A stretch of 62,390 bases of DNA, filler included, from a bacterium (GTDB lineage: Bacteria > JALSQH01), in the NCBI GenBank assembly GCA_027004335.1. It is 9 parts of 9 records of this genome, joined end to end, with 100 filler letters (N's around TTAATTAATTAA, not from the genome) between each part and the next. Parts side by side here need not be neighbours in the genome. Positions count along the whole stretch, not along the records: positions 19,724 to 23,005 come from JALTID010000135.1; positions 23,106 to 32,817 come from JALTID010000136.1; 7 more parts are not named here. One strand, 5' to 3'. A model generated the notes under the pieces. That model did not search any database. It saw nothing but the letters and a program-made list of their open reading frames with translations, and had not been told where the DNA came from. Shown here in pieces: positions 20,391 through 29,716 of this stretch. The position numbers and the translations under genes are program-made. Each line of letters starts with the position of its first letter. Position 1 is the stretch's first letter.

Positions 20391-21365
20391 TCACCTCAAT
20401 CTGTATGTAAATGTCATATCTTGACCATTCCTGAGTATCTCTATCTCAAATGTATCCTCGGTCTTAAGAAACTGAAAGAGTTGCAGTGCCTTCTCTGGGC
20501 TACTTATTTCTTCTCCATTAACTCTCTTTATAACATCCCCATTTCTCAACCCAATCTTTGCAAAAACTCCACTGGGACGAATATTAAAAACTTTATATCC
20601 TATAATCTTACCATTCCTAAAATAGGGAACAACCCTTGCCTGAGTTAAAACAGGTCCCAGGTTACTTGTAATCTTTTCAAAATCTTCTTTATTAATTTCA
20701 AAGCTGCGGTTTCCAACTCTTCTTACCTCAAGATTTGGAGGGTTATTGGGGTTAGGGCCAGGACTCACAATATCGGGAACAACTGTATGAATTGGAGGAT
20801 GGGAAGGAGTGTTACCTCCCCCTCCCGCTGCAAGTTTCTCATATAAATTCAGTTTCTCCCTTCTGCCACCCCTTAAAAGGATAACACTATCCCTTCTGAT
20901 TTCAAAAAGTTCGGCACCCTGAACCTTATCATGGAGAAAATAAATATCCGTCTTTTGAGTATTCTCATCCTTTATAATAGCCATGGAACTCTCAGGAGGT
21001 ACCGTAACAAATACCCCCAACAGTTTTAATTTGGCTTTACTTTCCACCACCTGGTCCTGCTGCTGTTGAAGAGGAGCTTCATTAACTTTTACATTGAATA
21101 TATTCCTGTTAAGTATGATCTTATAATCATCTTTTGGGGTAACCTCCTCCCTATTTCTCCTGAAACCGCTTAGAGAAGTATGGGGATTGATTCTTATCTG
21201 GGGAAAATTAGCATTTTTTTCTGTGATTACGAGAGCAATATTCCAGATAAGAAAAGAGAGGGCATACGCCAGAAGAATAGTGAAAAAAAGATTGACTAAA
21301 AAAGAATACTTTTTCAAAAAATCAAGTAAATTTTTTTCAATCCATGACATCTTAAATTGGGACAA
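20391..21365 (-). CDS. gspC: Type II secretion protein GspC with C-terminal PDZ domain
   Basis: N-terminal TM helix, RNIF, LKLLGV...AII and EIRRDSVIL (HR domain), then QARVVPYFRNGKIIGYK...GLRNGDVIKRVNG (PDZ). Alternative ATG start at 21350. Confidence 0.93.
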   Translation of the reverse strand: MSQFKMSWIEKNLLDFLKKYSFLVNLFFTILLAYALSFLIWNIALVITEKNANFPQIRINPHTSLSGFRRNREEVTPKDDYKIILNRNIFNVKVNEAPLQQQQDQVVESKAKLKLLGVFVTVPPESSMAIIKDENTQKTDIYFLHDKVQGAELFEIRRDSVILLRGGRREKLNLYEKLAAGGGGNTPSHPPIHTVVPDIVSPGPNPNNPPNLEVRRVGNRSFEINKEDFEKITSNLGPVLTQARVVPYFRNGKIIGYKVFNIRPSGVFAKIGLRNGDVIKRVNGEEISSPEKALQLFQFLKTEDTFEIEILRNGQDMTFTYRLR

Positions 21366-21420
21366 CTACTGCTTCTAAAAGTTCCTGAATAAGTGCATTT
21401 TTCCACTAAAAAACAGGTGG

Positions 21421-22542
21421 TTATACAATCAACTGCCCCTCTTTGTGAAGCACAAATAGTTCTTCTTTTCTCTGAATCTTAACAGTAGGAGAAAACACCA
21501 CAAAATCCTGATGAAAAGGGGCGCTGACTTTCCCGCCAAAACTGCTATTATCACCAAAGGCAATATGTATAGTGCCAAGAATTTTCTCTGCCTCAAGAAT
21601 ATTCTCAACATGTGTAGCACCAGAATTGGTACCTATGCCCAGCTCAGCGACATTTCTGCATCTATCATCCTCAGCAAACTTGGTTTCAAGTAACTCTCTT
21701 ACTCTTCCCTCACCTTTAATTTCAACAGCATTACCTTTTTCAATAAAAACTACAATCTGAGAATCCAATTTACCCTCTTCAGGTCCATATTCAATCACAA
21801 GTTTTCCTTCTGCTGTTTCTTCTACAGGAGCCACAAACACTTCTCCGGCAGGAAGATTTCCAAAGGCTCCAGGAGACACAAGAAGGCCTGTATCTGCTAT
21901 AAACTCTCTCCCCTCTACACTTAAAGAAATAGCTGTTCCATTAGGAGCTTCAATGAAAACTTTTTCTGCACCAACTAACCTCTCTTTTACTCTGAGAGAA
22001 AGGGATTCTATCTCTCTATAATCAACATTCATCGCTCCCAATAACATATATCTTTCAAAAAGCGGCATGCTGGCATATCTTGTTTTCTTAATACTGGTAA
22101 GAAGCCTTCTAAAAAATGTATGAGAAGTAGAAAAAAAAGTAAGAGCAACAACTCCATCTATTCTGTCCCCACTTTCCTCAGCAATTTTTCTGAGTAATTC
22201 TTCTTCATCACTATTAGTAGACTTACTCAGGATCTTCTCAAAAAGATCTTCTTCCACCTCACCTGTAAAATTTGGAAGAAGTTCCTCCCACACTTTTAAA
22301 TGAGGCTCTTCACCATGCATTTTTGCGGCAGGAAAAATAATTAGATCAACATCACAAAGATATTTTCCCTCATCAAGTAGTTTTCTCCCCATTTGTAGAA
22401 GATCCTCACCCTTTTCTCTAACTCTTTCAGGAAGGGTCTCAGGGTCATTAACCAGCACGAAGATCCTCTCATCCTTCTTTACATTTAAATTTATCTCAAG
22501 AATATTTCTCAGAGCTTTTATTTCGTCCTGACTAAAACTCAT
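21421..22542 (-). CDS. M29-like (aminopeptidase T / leucyl) metallo-aminopeptidase
   Basis: NGTAISLSVEGR, GNLPAGEVFVAP, AELGIGTN, EAEKILGTIHIAFG and HQDFV. Confidence 0.88.
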   Translation of the reverse strand: MSFSQDEIKALRNILEINLNVKKDERIFVLVNDPETLPERVREKGEDLLQMGRKLLDEGKYLCDVDLIIFPAAKMHGEEPHLKVWEELLPNFTGEVEEDLFEKILSKSTNSDEEELLRKIAEESGDRIDGVVALTFFSTSHTFFRRLLTSIKKTRYASMPLFERYMLLGAMNVDYREIESLSLRVKERLVGAEKVFIEAPNGTAISLSVEGREFIADTGLLVSPGAFGNLPAGEVFVAPVEETAEGKLVIEYGPEEGKLDSQIVVFIEKGNAVEIKGEGRVRELLETKFAEDDRCRNVAELGIGTNSGATHVENILEAEKILGTIHIAFGDNSSFGGKVSAPFHQDFVVFSPTVKIQRKEELFVLHKEGQLIV

Positions 22543-23005
22543 ATTTCCTCACCTGTTAATAACCTGTATAGCCCATGTACTGATTCATGTCCGACATCTC
22601 CCCCTGCTCCAGGAGCCCCGACAGAATCGCCAACTAAAAAAAGATTTTTCATCCCCGGTAAAGAGTATCCAGGTCTGAGTTCTCTCGTTTGATCAATATT
22701 AATCTGGGCTCCATCCACCATTTCAAGATATGAAACCCTTTTCCACTCAATATTTGTCTCAATATCCCATGTAGAAAATATCTTATCAAGAATTTCCTTT
22801 CTCTTCTCCTCTCTCTTTTTTTGATCCTTCATATCATCAAGTAAAGTAGGATAAAAAAAGGTCAACAATTGCTTCCCCTTTGGTGCTATAGAAGGATCAA
22901 TATTTGATGTAAACATCCCAAAAGCTATGGGAGTATCAAAGTAAATCAGCCCCTTCTCTTTTGAAACTCTTTTTTTTAAAGTAATATCCACCACTATCCC
23001 AGAAG
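22539..23005 (-). CDS. FAD-dependent oxidoreductase (phytoene desaturase-like), C-terminal fragment
   Basis: SNIDPSIAPKGKQLL and RPG...KNLFLVGDSVGAPG are typical of CrtI-like family C-termini. Cut by the linker. Confidence 0.75.
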
Positions 23006-23105
23006 NNNNNNNNNNNNNNNNNNNNNNNNNNNNNNNNNNNNNNNNNNNNTTAATTAATTAANNNNNNNNNNNNNNNNNNNNNNNNNNNNNNNNNNNNNNN
23101 NNNNN
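23006..23105. other. Artificial contig linker
   Basis: N44-TTAATTAATTAA-N44. Confidence 0.99.
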
Positions 23106-23186
23106 TGTTATACCAAATGGAGTGAATATGGAAAAATTCAAAAATCTGATAAAGCCTCCAGAATATAAAAATGATAAAATAATCAT
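23106..23186 (-). CDS. Possible N-terminal fragment of a gene cut by the linker
   Basis: The ATG overlaps the upstream TGA (ATGA) and the frame MIILSFLYSGGFIRFLNFSIFTPFGIT stays open to the segment end. Confidence 0.35.
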
Positions 23187-23572
23187 TTTTTCTGCAGGCA
23201 GAATAATCCCTTCAAAAGGATTTCAGGACTTTTTGATTTAAATGATAATCCATACCCGGTAATCTTGAATTCGCTATTTTTCGTAGAGTAATAAAATTTT
23301 TCTCCATCAAAAATAAAATCTTCATAATCTTTTTTAGAAAACCTGCTCTTTCCTGATGGAGAAACAAGAGAAAATTCTTCAGAGGCTATATCATTCTTGA
23401 GGGTTATGGAAAAATAAATGTAATACCCTCCTCTTGTAACCCCGACAAAATACCACTGATTAATTTTTGCCTTAGAATTATAAACATATGGGAGAAACTT
23501 TTCCCAATTTTCAATATAGTGTCCTCTCAGCAGAAATGGGAAAAGAAAAAAAAGCAGGAGGATTTTTTTCAT
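23183..23572 (-). CDS. Hypothetical exported protein
   Basis: MKKILLLFFLFPFLLRG looks like a signal peptide. ATGA overlap with the upstream MBL gene. Confidence 0.6.
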   Translation of the reverse strand: MKKILLLFFLFPFLLRGHYIENWEKFLPYVYNSKAKINQWYFVGVTRGGYYIYFSITLKNDIASEEFSLVSPSGKSRFSKKDYEDFIFDGEKFYYSTKNSEFKITGYGLSFKSKSPEILLKGLFCLQKK

Positions 23573-24504
23573 AAAATAACTTCTCCGCCTGCTTTGATCT
23601 CAATGTAGTTATCTTTCCATTCATCTTTAAACTTGCCAATGGTGTAATCACAGGAGTCGTGAGCGGAAATTCCAACTTTCACAACTTTCTTCTCTTTCAA
23701 AAAAGAAATCAACTCTTCCACATCTTTCCTGTTAGGTGGATTCCATGGGGGTTTCCCTGTCCCTAAAATTCTCTGCATGGGAGGCCCAATCCCACAACGT
23801 CTGCTCCGGGTAGCCGGGAGATGAACCCCACCTAATACTGCATATACTGGGGAAGGAATTAACTTTTCCAGATAATTCAGGAGATTCTGTACCTTCTGAT
23901 GCCCGCAACCAACAATCACCACAAGCCCTTTACCTTTAAGATTTACCACAAGAGCTTGTTCAAGGATCTTCCCTGTAAAATAATCCATGGCTGGAAGCGG
24001 TTCTGTAACAAGAATACCTCTTTCAATTATAGTTGGGGTCTTGTTTATCACTACATCAGCTGTAGGATGGCTCATCCTTACAGGGACGAATACCGTGATT
24101 CCCTTTAAATCAAGATCATTTTTTGAAAGAGAAAATGTCCTCTTTAACTGATTTTTCATACCTCCAATATGGTCCAGATGCATATGAGAAATTACTATAG
24201 AATCAATTTCATCAGGAAATTTCAGTCCCAAGAGTTTCGCGTTTTGAACAAGAGGAGAAGGCTCTTTATTTTTCACATTAAAACCTGTATCAAACAATAC
24301 CCCATACCTATCAGCTTTGACATAGTAAGAAACACCAGGTTCTCCCTGAAACCTTTTATCAACAGGATAGTAATCAATAAGAAAAGTTATTTTCAACTTT
24401 CTAACTTCACCTAAAAAATCGGGCGCGATCCTGGTTTCAGGTACCTTTTCAAGTCTTTTATCAACCCACCTCAACCCACTTTTATATCTAAGGTAAAAAA
24501 ACAT
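23569..24504 (-). CDS. Metallo-beta-lactamase-fold hydrolase
   Basis: LFDTG, ISHMHLDHIGG (HxHxDH), EQALV, VGCGH, LGGVHL and AHDS. AGGAGG RBS. Confidence 0.9.
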   Translation of the reverse strand: MFFYLRYKSGLRWVDKRLEKVPETRIAPDFLGEVRKLKITFLIDYYPVDKRFQGEPGVSYYVKADRYGVLFDTGFNVKNKEPSPLVQNAKLLGLKFPDEIDSIVISHMHLDHIGGMKNQLKRTFSLSKNDLDLKGITVFVPVRMSHPTADVVINKTPTIIERGILVTEPLPAMDYFTGKILEQALVVNLKGKGLVVIVGCGHQKVQNLLNYLEKLIPSPVYAVLGGVHLPATRSRRCGIGPPMQRILGTGKPPWNPPNRKDVEELISFLKEKKVVKVGISAHDSCDYTIGKFKDEWKDNYIEIKAGGEVIL

Positions 24505-24528
24505 TTTTGCCTCCTTTCCTGAACCTAT

Positions 24529-24570
24529 ATTATACCATAAGTTGTCATTCAGGAAATAAGTTACTATATT
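24529..24570. promoter_or_regulatory. Overlapping divergent sigma70-type promoters
   Basis: Minus strand: TGgTATAAT (24537-24529) towards the MBL gene. Plus strand: TTGTCA-17 nt-TATATT (24542-24570) towards the DUF72 gene. Confidence 0.5.
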
Positions 24571-24593
24571 ATTTACGGAAGAGGAGGAAATTT

Positions 24594-25313
24594 ATGAAAA
24601 AATATATAGGTTGCTCCGGGTACTTCTACTGGGCATGGAAGGGGAAATTTTACCCGGAGGAATTGAAACCATCAGGGTGGTTAAACTTTTATGTGAAAAA
24701 ATTTAACACAGTTGAAATAAATTCCACCTTTTATCGCTTCCCCAAAAAAACAAATCTCAAAAAATGGTACAGACAGACTCCAGAGGATTTTAAATTTACA
24801 GTTAAAGTAAACAAGGAGATAACCCACCTTCATCGTTTTAAAAATACAGGGGACCGTTTAAAAGAATTCTACGAAGTAGTAGGAGAAACCCTTCAGGAAA
24901 AATTAGGCACACTTCTTTTTCAACTTCCTCCTGGCTACAAATACAGCGAAGAGAACCTTGAAAGAATAATTTCTCAGATAGACCCTGGTTTTAAGAATGT
25001 AATTGAATTTAGAAACAAAGGATGGTGGAATGAGAAAGTTTATAATGCCTTTTCTGAAAAGGGAATAATTTTTTGTTCTATAAGTGCTCCACGATTACCA
25101 GATGATATCATTAAAACTTCTGATACAGGGTATATAAGGTTTCATGGTAAAACAGGTTGGTACGATTACAATTATTCAGGAGAAGAACTGAAGGAATGGA
25201 GCAGCATAATAAAAGAAACTAATTTCAAAGAGGTATTCATCTATTTCAACAATGATCACAACGCGTATGCCCCGTACAATGCACTGGAACTTGTTAAAAT
25301 AATGTCAGATTAA
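24594..25313 (+). CDS. DUF72 domain protein
   Basis: YIGCSG...WKGKFYP, FNTVEINSTFYRFP, LFQLPP, EFRNKGW, YIRFHG, YNYS and YFNND. Start at the ATG at 24594 after GAGGAGG. Confidence 0.95.
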   Translation: MKKYIGCSGYFYWAWKGKFYPEELKPSGWLNFYVKKFNTVEINSTFYRFPKKTNLKKWYRQTPEDFKFTVKVNKEITHLHRFKNTGDRLKEFYEVVGETLQEKLGTLLFQLPPGYKYSEENLERIISQIDPGFKNVIEFRNKGWWNEKVYNAFSEKGIIFCSISAPRLPDDIIKTSDTGYIRFHGKTGWYDYNYSGEELKEWSSIIKETNFKEVFIYFNNDHNAYAPYNALELVKIMSD

Positions 25314-26359
25314 TACCTCTTCCAGTAGAGAATATTGAAGTTTCCTCCTTTTTTTCTTTCAAGGACCGTATCAATCTCTGCCTCTCCCCCTTCAACAAAA
25401 CCCTTTGAAACCACACTGAAAGTATCACTATAAAGGCTGACCCTAATGTTGTATTTACTGCTAAAAGTTAAAATATTCATTATTTCTTCTTGACTCAATC
25501 CAGCTTCTGAGAGGACTTGTTTAAAATCCTCAATATTTTCAAAGGGCTTATCCTTTCTTGCACTTACAATTTCCTGTGCAAGACTCATATCAATTTGGGG
25601 ACTCAAGTAAGTAAGAACCTCCGGGGAAGCAGTGTTGACATTAATGTAATAGTTTTTTATCCTCTTCTTTGGATACACAGTTATATATGGTAAAATTTTT
25701 TTTATCACATCAAGAGTCCAATCTTTAATCATAAAAAGATCAGAAAAATGGGGCATCATGCTGTTTCTCGCTTCATAGGGAGGATTTAGGGAGAGGTAAT
25801 AAGCACTCTCCGCACCATCAGGTAGAGGATCATCGTTGCAATCCACCCAGTCTATCAGAGGAAAAACTATATCTTCAGCAACATCAGGTTCAATGCCAAG
25901 TTTTTCTAAAAAAGAGACAAACCTGTAAATTTCAGGGTCACGCAACCCTCTTTCAGAAGCCTGGCCTCTATTAATTCCGTTTAAATTTATCTTTGATTGT
26001 TCATCCTCTATTCGTAATTGAACACTCCCGTAATCCCTGAGGGGAATAGGAGGTCTTTCTGTGGCAAAAAAAGACCACACTTCTGAAACCTCCTCCTGAT
26101 TCATCGGATTTTCTTCCCAGTGGGAAACATAGTCAATTCTTCTGTGATTTTCTTCATCATTCTGCAAATCATAGGAAAGGAGCAGCTTTGCTGCCTCCAC
26201 TCCACTTCTTGCTAAATAATAAGCTTTCAACTTCCCCACAAAATTCTGGGTAGATGAGATATTAATCCTGGATGAATAAGTTAATTCTGTTACAAGGTAT
26301 GTCATAGCAGCAATAAGCATTACTGTAATAAGAAGTGCGGCACCAGATTCTTTTTTCAT
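25310..26359 (-). CDS. gspK: Type II secretion minor pseudopilin GspK
   Basis: Prepilin-like G/AALLI start lacking Glu5; AYYLARSG, IEDEQSKINLN, DWVD, GAESAYY and INVNTASPEVL. Confidence 0.95.
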   Translation of the reverse strand: MKKESGAALLITVMLIAAMTYLVTELTYSSRINISSTQNFVGKLKAYYLARSGVEAAKLLLSYDLQNDEENHRRIDYVSHWEENPMNQEEVSEVWSFFATERPPIPLRDYGSVQLRIEDEQSKINLNGINRGQASERGLRDPEIYRFVSFLEKLGIEPDVAEDIVFPLIDWVDCNDDPLPDGAESAYYLSLNPPYEARNSMMPHFSDLFMIKDWTLDVIKKILPYITVYPKKRIKNYYINVNTASPEVLTYLSPQIDMSLAQEIVSARKDKPFENIEDFKQVLSEAGLSQEEIMNILTFSSKYNIRVSLYSDTFSVVSKGFVEGGEAEIDTVLERKKGGNFNILYWKRY

Positions 26360-27060
26360 TTCTTCCCCGGTTTAAAAAGGCTATCAATTGAATATGGAAT
26401 TTCAACAACTTCTTTGAATAGTACAGGCTCAGAATCCTCAGCACCCGGCTCAGGAAGATATAGAGATATTTCTACAAGATGAGGTAAATAATAACTGCCA
26501 TTCTCCCTCGTATCCCAATTATCATACCACTGATGACTGAATTTATCATAATACCTGAAATTCAAGCCCTTTACTTCAAACATCATTGGATATGTGATTC
26601 CCCCCGAAAGGGGATCTCTGTCAAGGGTGGTATCCTGCCTGCAAAAAAGGTCCAGGAGATCAGGGTTATCCATATCAATATCAACGAAATAGCTTAACTC
26701 AACACTGCTTCCCCACGGTTTTACCCCCTCCCCATAAACAACCCTGTACCCCCCTGAAAGGGAAGAAAAAATCACTTTATCACTGGGTAATCCGTTAATT
26801 GTATCATCTATCCCTATGAAAAAAGTTGCAGGTAAAATCTCCTTACGCTTCTCAGGAGGAATATAATCAAGATATGCAGATTGAAGCTGTGTTCCTATTT
26901 TATCCATTATCACTCTCGCTGATCTGTAAAGTCCTTCCTTTTCTGTTAAAGTATTATAGGATTTTACAGTAACCCAGAAGGAGGAGTAGATGAAACTTAT
27001 GATAAGGGCAGTGATGGTAAGAGCAAGCAGCACTTCAATCAGGGTAAAACCTCTTTTCAC
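26356..27060 (-). CDS. gspJ: Type II secretion minor pseudopilin GspJ
   Basis: KRG/FTLIEVLLAL N-methylation motif; FRYYD...WYDNWD...LPHLVEISL; position between gspI and gspK. Confidence 0.9.
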   Translation of the reverse strand: MKRGFTLIEVLLALTITALIISFIYSSFWVTVKSYNTLTEKEGLYRSARVIMDKIGTQLQSAYLDYIPPEKRKEILPATFFIGIDDTINGLPSDKVIFSSLSGGYRVVYGEGVKPWGSSVELSYFVDIDMDNPDLLDLFCRQDTTLDRDPLSGGITYPMMFEVKGLNFRYYDKFSHQWYDNWDTRENGSYYLPHLVEISLYLPEPGAEDSEPVLFKEVVEIPYSIDSLFKPGKK

Positions 27061-27470
27061 TCCATTTTCCTCACAATATATGTTACAAGCGAATAATCCC
27101 TGGTACCAGTTTCTTCTTTCCAGTGGACAATTACTTTAAGAATCTTCACCTCTGTATTTTCAGGTAGAAATGCAGCCCAGGCCACATCCTCCGTGCCTAT
27201 ATCTTCTACTTTGGTTTCTACTTCAATATTTGGATACTTATCCTTAATCTCTTCATCCTCTATCTTCATATTTTCATCAATAGTTTGCTGAGCTACAAGA
27301 TTCTCCATATATTCCTCCGCAACCATGTATGATATAGTATTCTCTCTCGCAGCTTCATGTAATTGAATATTCTGGATCGTAAGAGAAATGAGTGAGACCA
27401 TAACAGTAGCAATTATCATTAGAGCTACAATAACTTCAAGAAGGGTAAACCCCTTATTCCTGCTCAACAT
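27057..27470 (-). CDS. gspI: Type II secretion minor pseudopilin GspI
   Basis: KG/FTLLEVIVALMI motif, size and position. Confidence 0.88.
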   Translation of the reverse strand: MLSRNKGFTLLEVIVALMIIATVMVSLISLTIQNIQLHEAARENTISYMVAEEYMENLVAQQTIDENMKIEDEEIKDKYPNIEVETKVEDIGTEDVAWAAFLPENTEVKILKVIVHWKEETGTRDYSLVTYIVRKME

Positions 27471-27990
27471 AGGTCATTTCCTTGTACCCATCAAAGACCT
27501 TAAAATCTCCTGTAAGAGGCAAAAGCATCAATGTCATTTCATCGTCACTCTTATTCTTAAAATGAATTGTGGTGGGATCAACAAATCCTTCAGGATAAAA
27601 AGTTACAGTGACTTTCCCTTCAGAAATTTTTCCCCTGGAAATAGTATCAATATCCTCAATTTTTACAGATGATGGGAGAGCGTATTTTTTCTTTACAAAA
27701 TCATCTTTATAAGGAATCATCTCCACAGTCCCTTTTTCTTTGTCCTCTCTCCCCACGGTAATGTAGTAGCTTCCATCTTCCAGATCAAAATTGAGGTAGA
27801 AGTTCTTTTTCTGAATCGTAGCCTCACCATATAGATACTGGACGAGTCCTCCCACCTTTCTTATACTTTCCTTAATATCATCTCCACCTATCCTGCCAAT
27901 ATTGGGAATCAGAATCGTGGCAATTAGCCCTATAATAAGAAGAACAACACTAAGTTCTACAAGTGTAAAGCCACTCTTATTGCTGTTCAT
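27454..27990 (-). CDS. gspH: Type II secretion minor pseudopilin GspH
   Basis: SG/FTLVELSVVLLIIG and VTFYPEG; position after gspG. Confidence 0.88.
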   Translation of the reverse strand: MNSNKSGFTLVELSVVLLIIGLIATILIPNIGRIGGDDIKESIRKVGGLVQYLYGEATIQKKNFYLNFDLEDGSYYITVGREDKEKGTVEMIPYKDDFVKKKYALPSSVKIEDIDTISRGKISEGKVTVTFYPEGFVDPTTIHFKNKSDDEMTLMLLPLTGDFKVFDGYKEMTYVEQE

Positions 27991-28420
27991 CAAGATTCCA
28001 ACTGGTTATATCAGCATCCTCTCCCTCACCTCCCGGTTCACCATCTCTTCCATAGGAAAGAATATCATATTTACCATGATGTCCGGGATAAACATAGACA
28101 TATGAGTGACCCCATGGATCAACAGGAACTTTATTGGAATTTAAATATCCACCTTCTCTCCAGTGCTTCGGTATCTTTCCAGTGGCCGGTTTCTCTATCA
28201 GGGCTTTAAGCCCCTGTTCTTGGGAGGGATAATCACCATTATCCAATTTATAAAGTTCAAGGGCATTCATAATTGTTTTTATGTCAGCAACTGCTTTTGT
28301 TCTTCTTGCCTGCTCAGCTCTTGGTAAAACACTCAATGTAACAAGGGTGGCAAGTAATCCAATTATTACTACTACCACCATAATTTCAATCAATGTAAAA
28401 CCTCTATCTTTCCTCTGCAT
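27977..28420 (-). CDS. gspG: Type II secretion major pseudopilin GspG
   Basis: RG/FTLIEIMVVVVIIGLLA, ALELYKLDNGDYP, QGLKAL, DPWG and SYGRDGEPGGEG. ATG at 28420 after GGAGGT. Confidence 0.97.
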   Translation of the reverse strand: MQRKDRGFTLIEIMVVVVIIGLLATLVTLSVLPRAEQARRTKAVADIKTIMNALELYKLDNGDYPSQEQGLKALIEKPATGKIPKHWREGGYLNSNKVPVDPWGHSYVYVYPGHHGKYDILSYGRDGEPGGEGEDADITSWNLDEQQ

Positions 28421-28483
28421 AATTACCTCCTTATCCACTAATTTTGACTCAATTTCTCTCCTTCTCGTTCCGGATTACCCAAT

Positions 28484-29716
28484 TTATCTAATAAGCTGAT
28501 TCATCTGGAACAATGGAAGCAGGATTGAGATCATTATAAAAAACACAAGACCAGCCAACAAAATGATCATTACAGGCTCAACAATAGATACAACAGCATT
28601 GAGAAAAGATCCCACCTGATCTTCATAGGCATCTGCAACTCTGATCAGCATAGGTTCAAGCTCCCCAGTTTTTTCTCCAACAGAAATCATCTTTATCACA
28701 ATAGGAGGAAAAACTCCGCTATTAGATAACGGAGAAGCCAAAGATGCTCCTTCAATCACCGCAGATTTGGAATCTTCAATTGCCTTTTCAAGTACTCTGT
28801 TATTAACGATGTTTTTTACTATATCAAGAGATACCACAATACTGACACCGCTACCCAACAGGGTTCCAAGAGTTCGCGCAAAACGGGAGATTGCTATCAT
28901 CCTTAAAATATTCCCAGTAAGGGGAAGATTCAATAAAAAGGAATCCCACCAGTATCTCCCTTTCTCTGTATCTATAAATCGCTTGAAAAGGTAAGCAGCA
29001 AGAATAAAAAGTAAAAGAAAGATCCACCATGTATCCCGGAGAAAATTTACAAATCCAATGAGGAGCCTTGTATATATAGGCAGAGCATGCCTCATCTCCT
29101 GAAAAATGAGAGTAATTCGTGGTATAACGAAAATAAAAAGAAAGATTACCACACCACCCATAAGAAAAAAAAGTATTGTAGGATAGGTGAGAGAAGCATA
29201 GAGTTTATTCCTGAGAGATACCTGACTTTCATAGTAATCTGCGAGTCGCTCAAGTACTATTTCAAGAGTTCCACTACTTTCTCCAGCTCTTACCATATTT
29301 ATGTAAACCGGCCCAAAAGTTTTTTTAAAAGGTTCCAGAGCATCAGCAAGTGAAGAACCCTCATTCACCTTACCCTTTACATGGGCAAAGACCTTCTTTA
29401 ATTTTACCTTTTCTGATTGCTCAAGAAGAGCATCAAGAGCTTCAATCAGAGGAATTCCTGCTCTTAAAAGAGTAGCAAGCTGCCTCGTAATAACCGCCAC
29501 ATCCTGAAGAGTAATTCTTGAAAAGAGATCAGAAAATGAAAACTCCCACCATTTTTTACCTGCTCCCCTCTCCTCTTCGCCCACAAGGGAAATAGAGGAA
29601 ACAAAGAAGCCCTGCGACTTCAACTTCTGGCGTGCACTTTTCTCACTGTCTGCTTCAACTATACCCTTGCTTTTTCTCCCTGAAGAATCATACCCACTGT
29701 ATTCATAAATCGCCAC
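28484..29716 (-). CDS. gspF: Type II secretion inner-membrane platform protein GspF
   Basis: TRQLATLLRAGIPL, MVRAGESSGTL, LTYP, RFARTLGTLLGSGV and MISVGEKTGEL. Confidence 0.97.
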   Translation of the reverse strand: MAIYEYSGYDSSGRKSKGIVEADSEKSARQKLKSQGFFVSSISLVGEEERGAGKKWWEFSFSDLFSRITLQDVAVITRQLATLLRAGIPLIEALDALLEQSEKVKLKKVFAHVKGKVNEGSSLADALEPFKKTFGPVYINMVRAGESSGTLEIVLERLADYYESQVSLRNKLYASLTYPTILFFLMGGVVIFLFIFVIPRITLIFQEMRHALPIYTRLLIGFVNFLRDTWWIFLLLFILAAYLFKRFIDTEKGRYWWDSFLLNLPLTGNILRMIAISRFARTLGTLLGSGVSIVVSLDIVKNIVNNRVLEKAIEDSKSAVIEGASLASPLSNSGVFPPIVIKMISVGEKTGELEPMLIRVADAYEDQVGSFLNAVVSIVEPVMIILLAGLVFFIMISILLPLFQMNQLIR

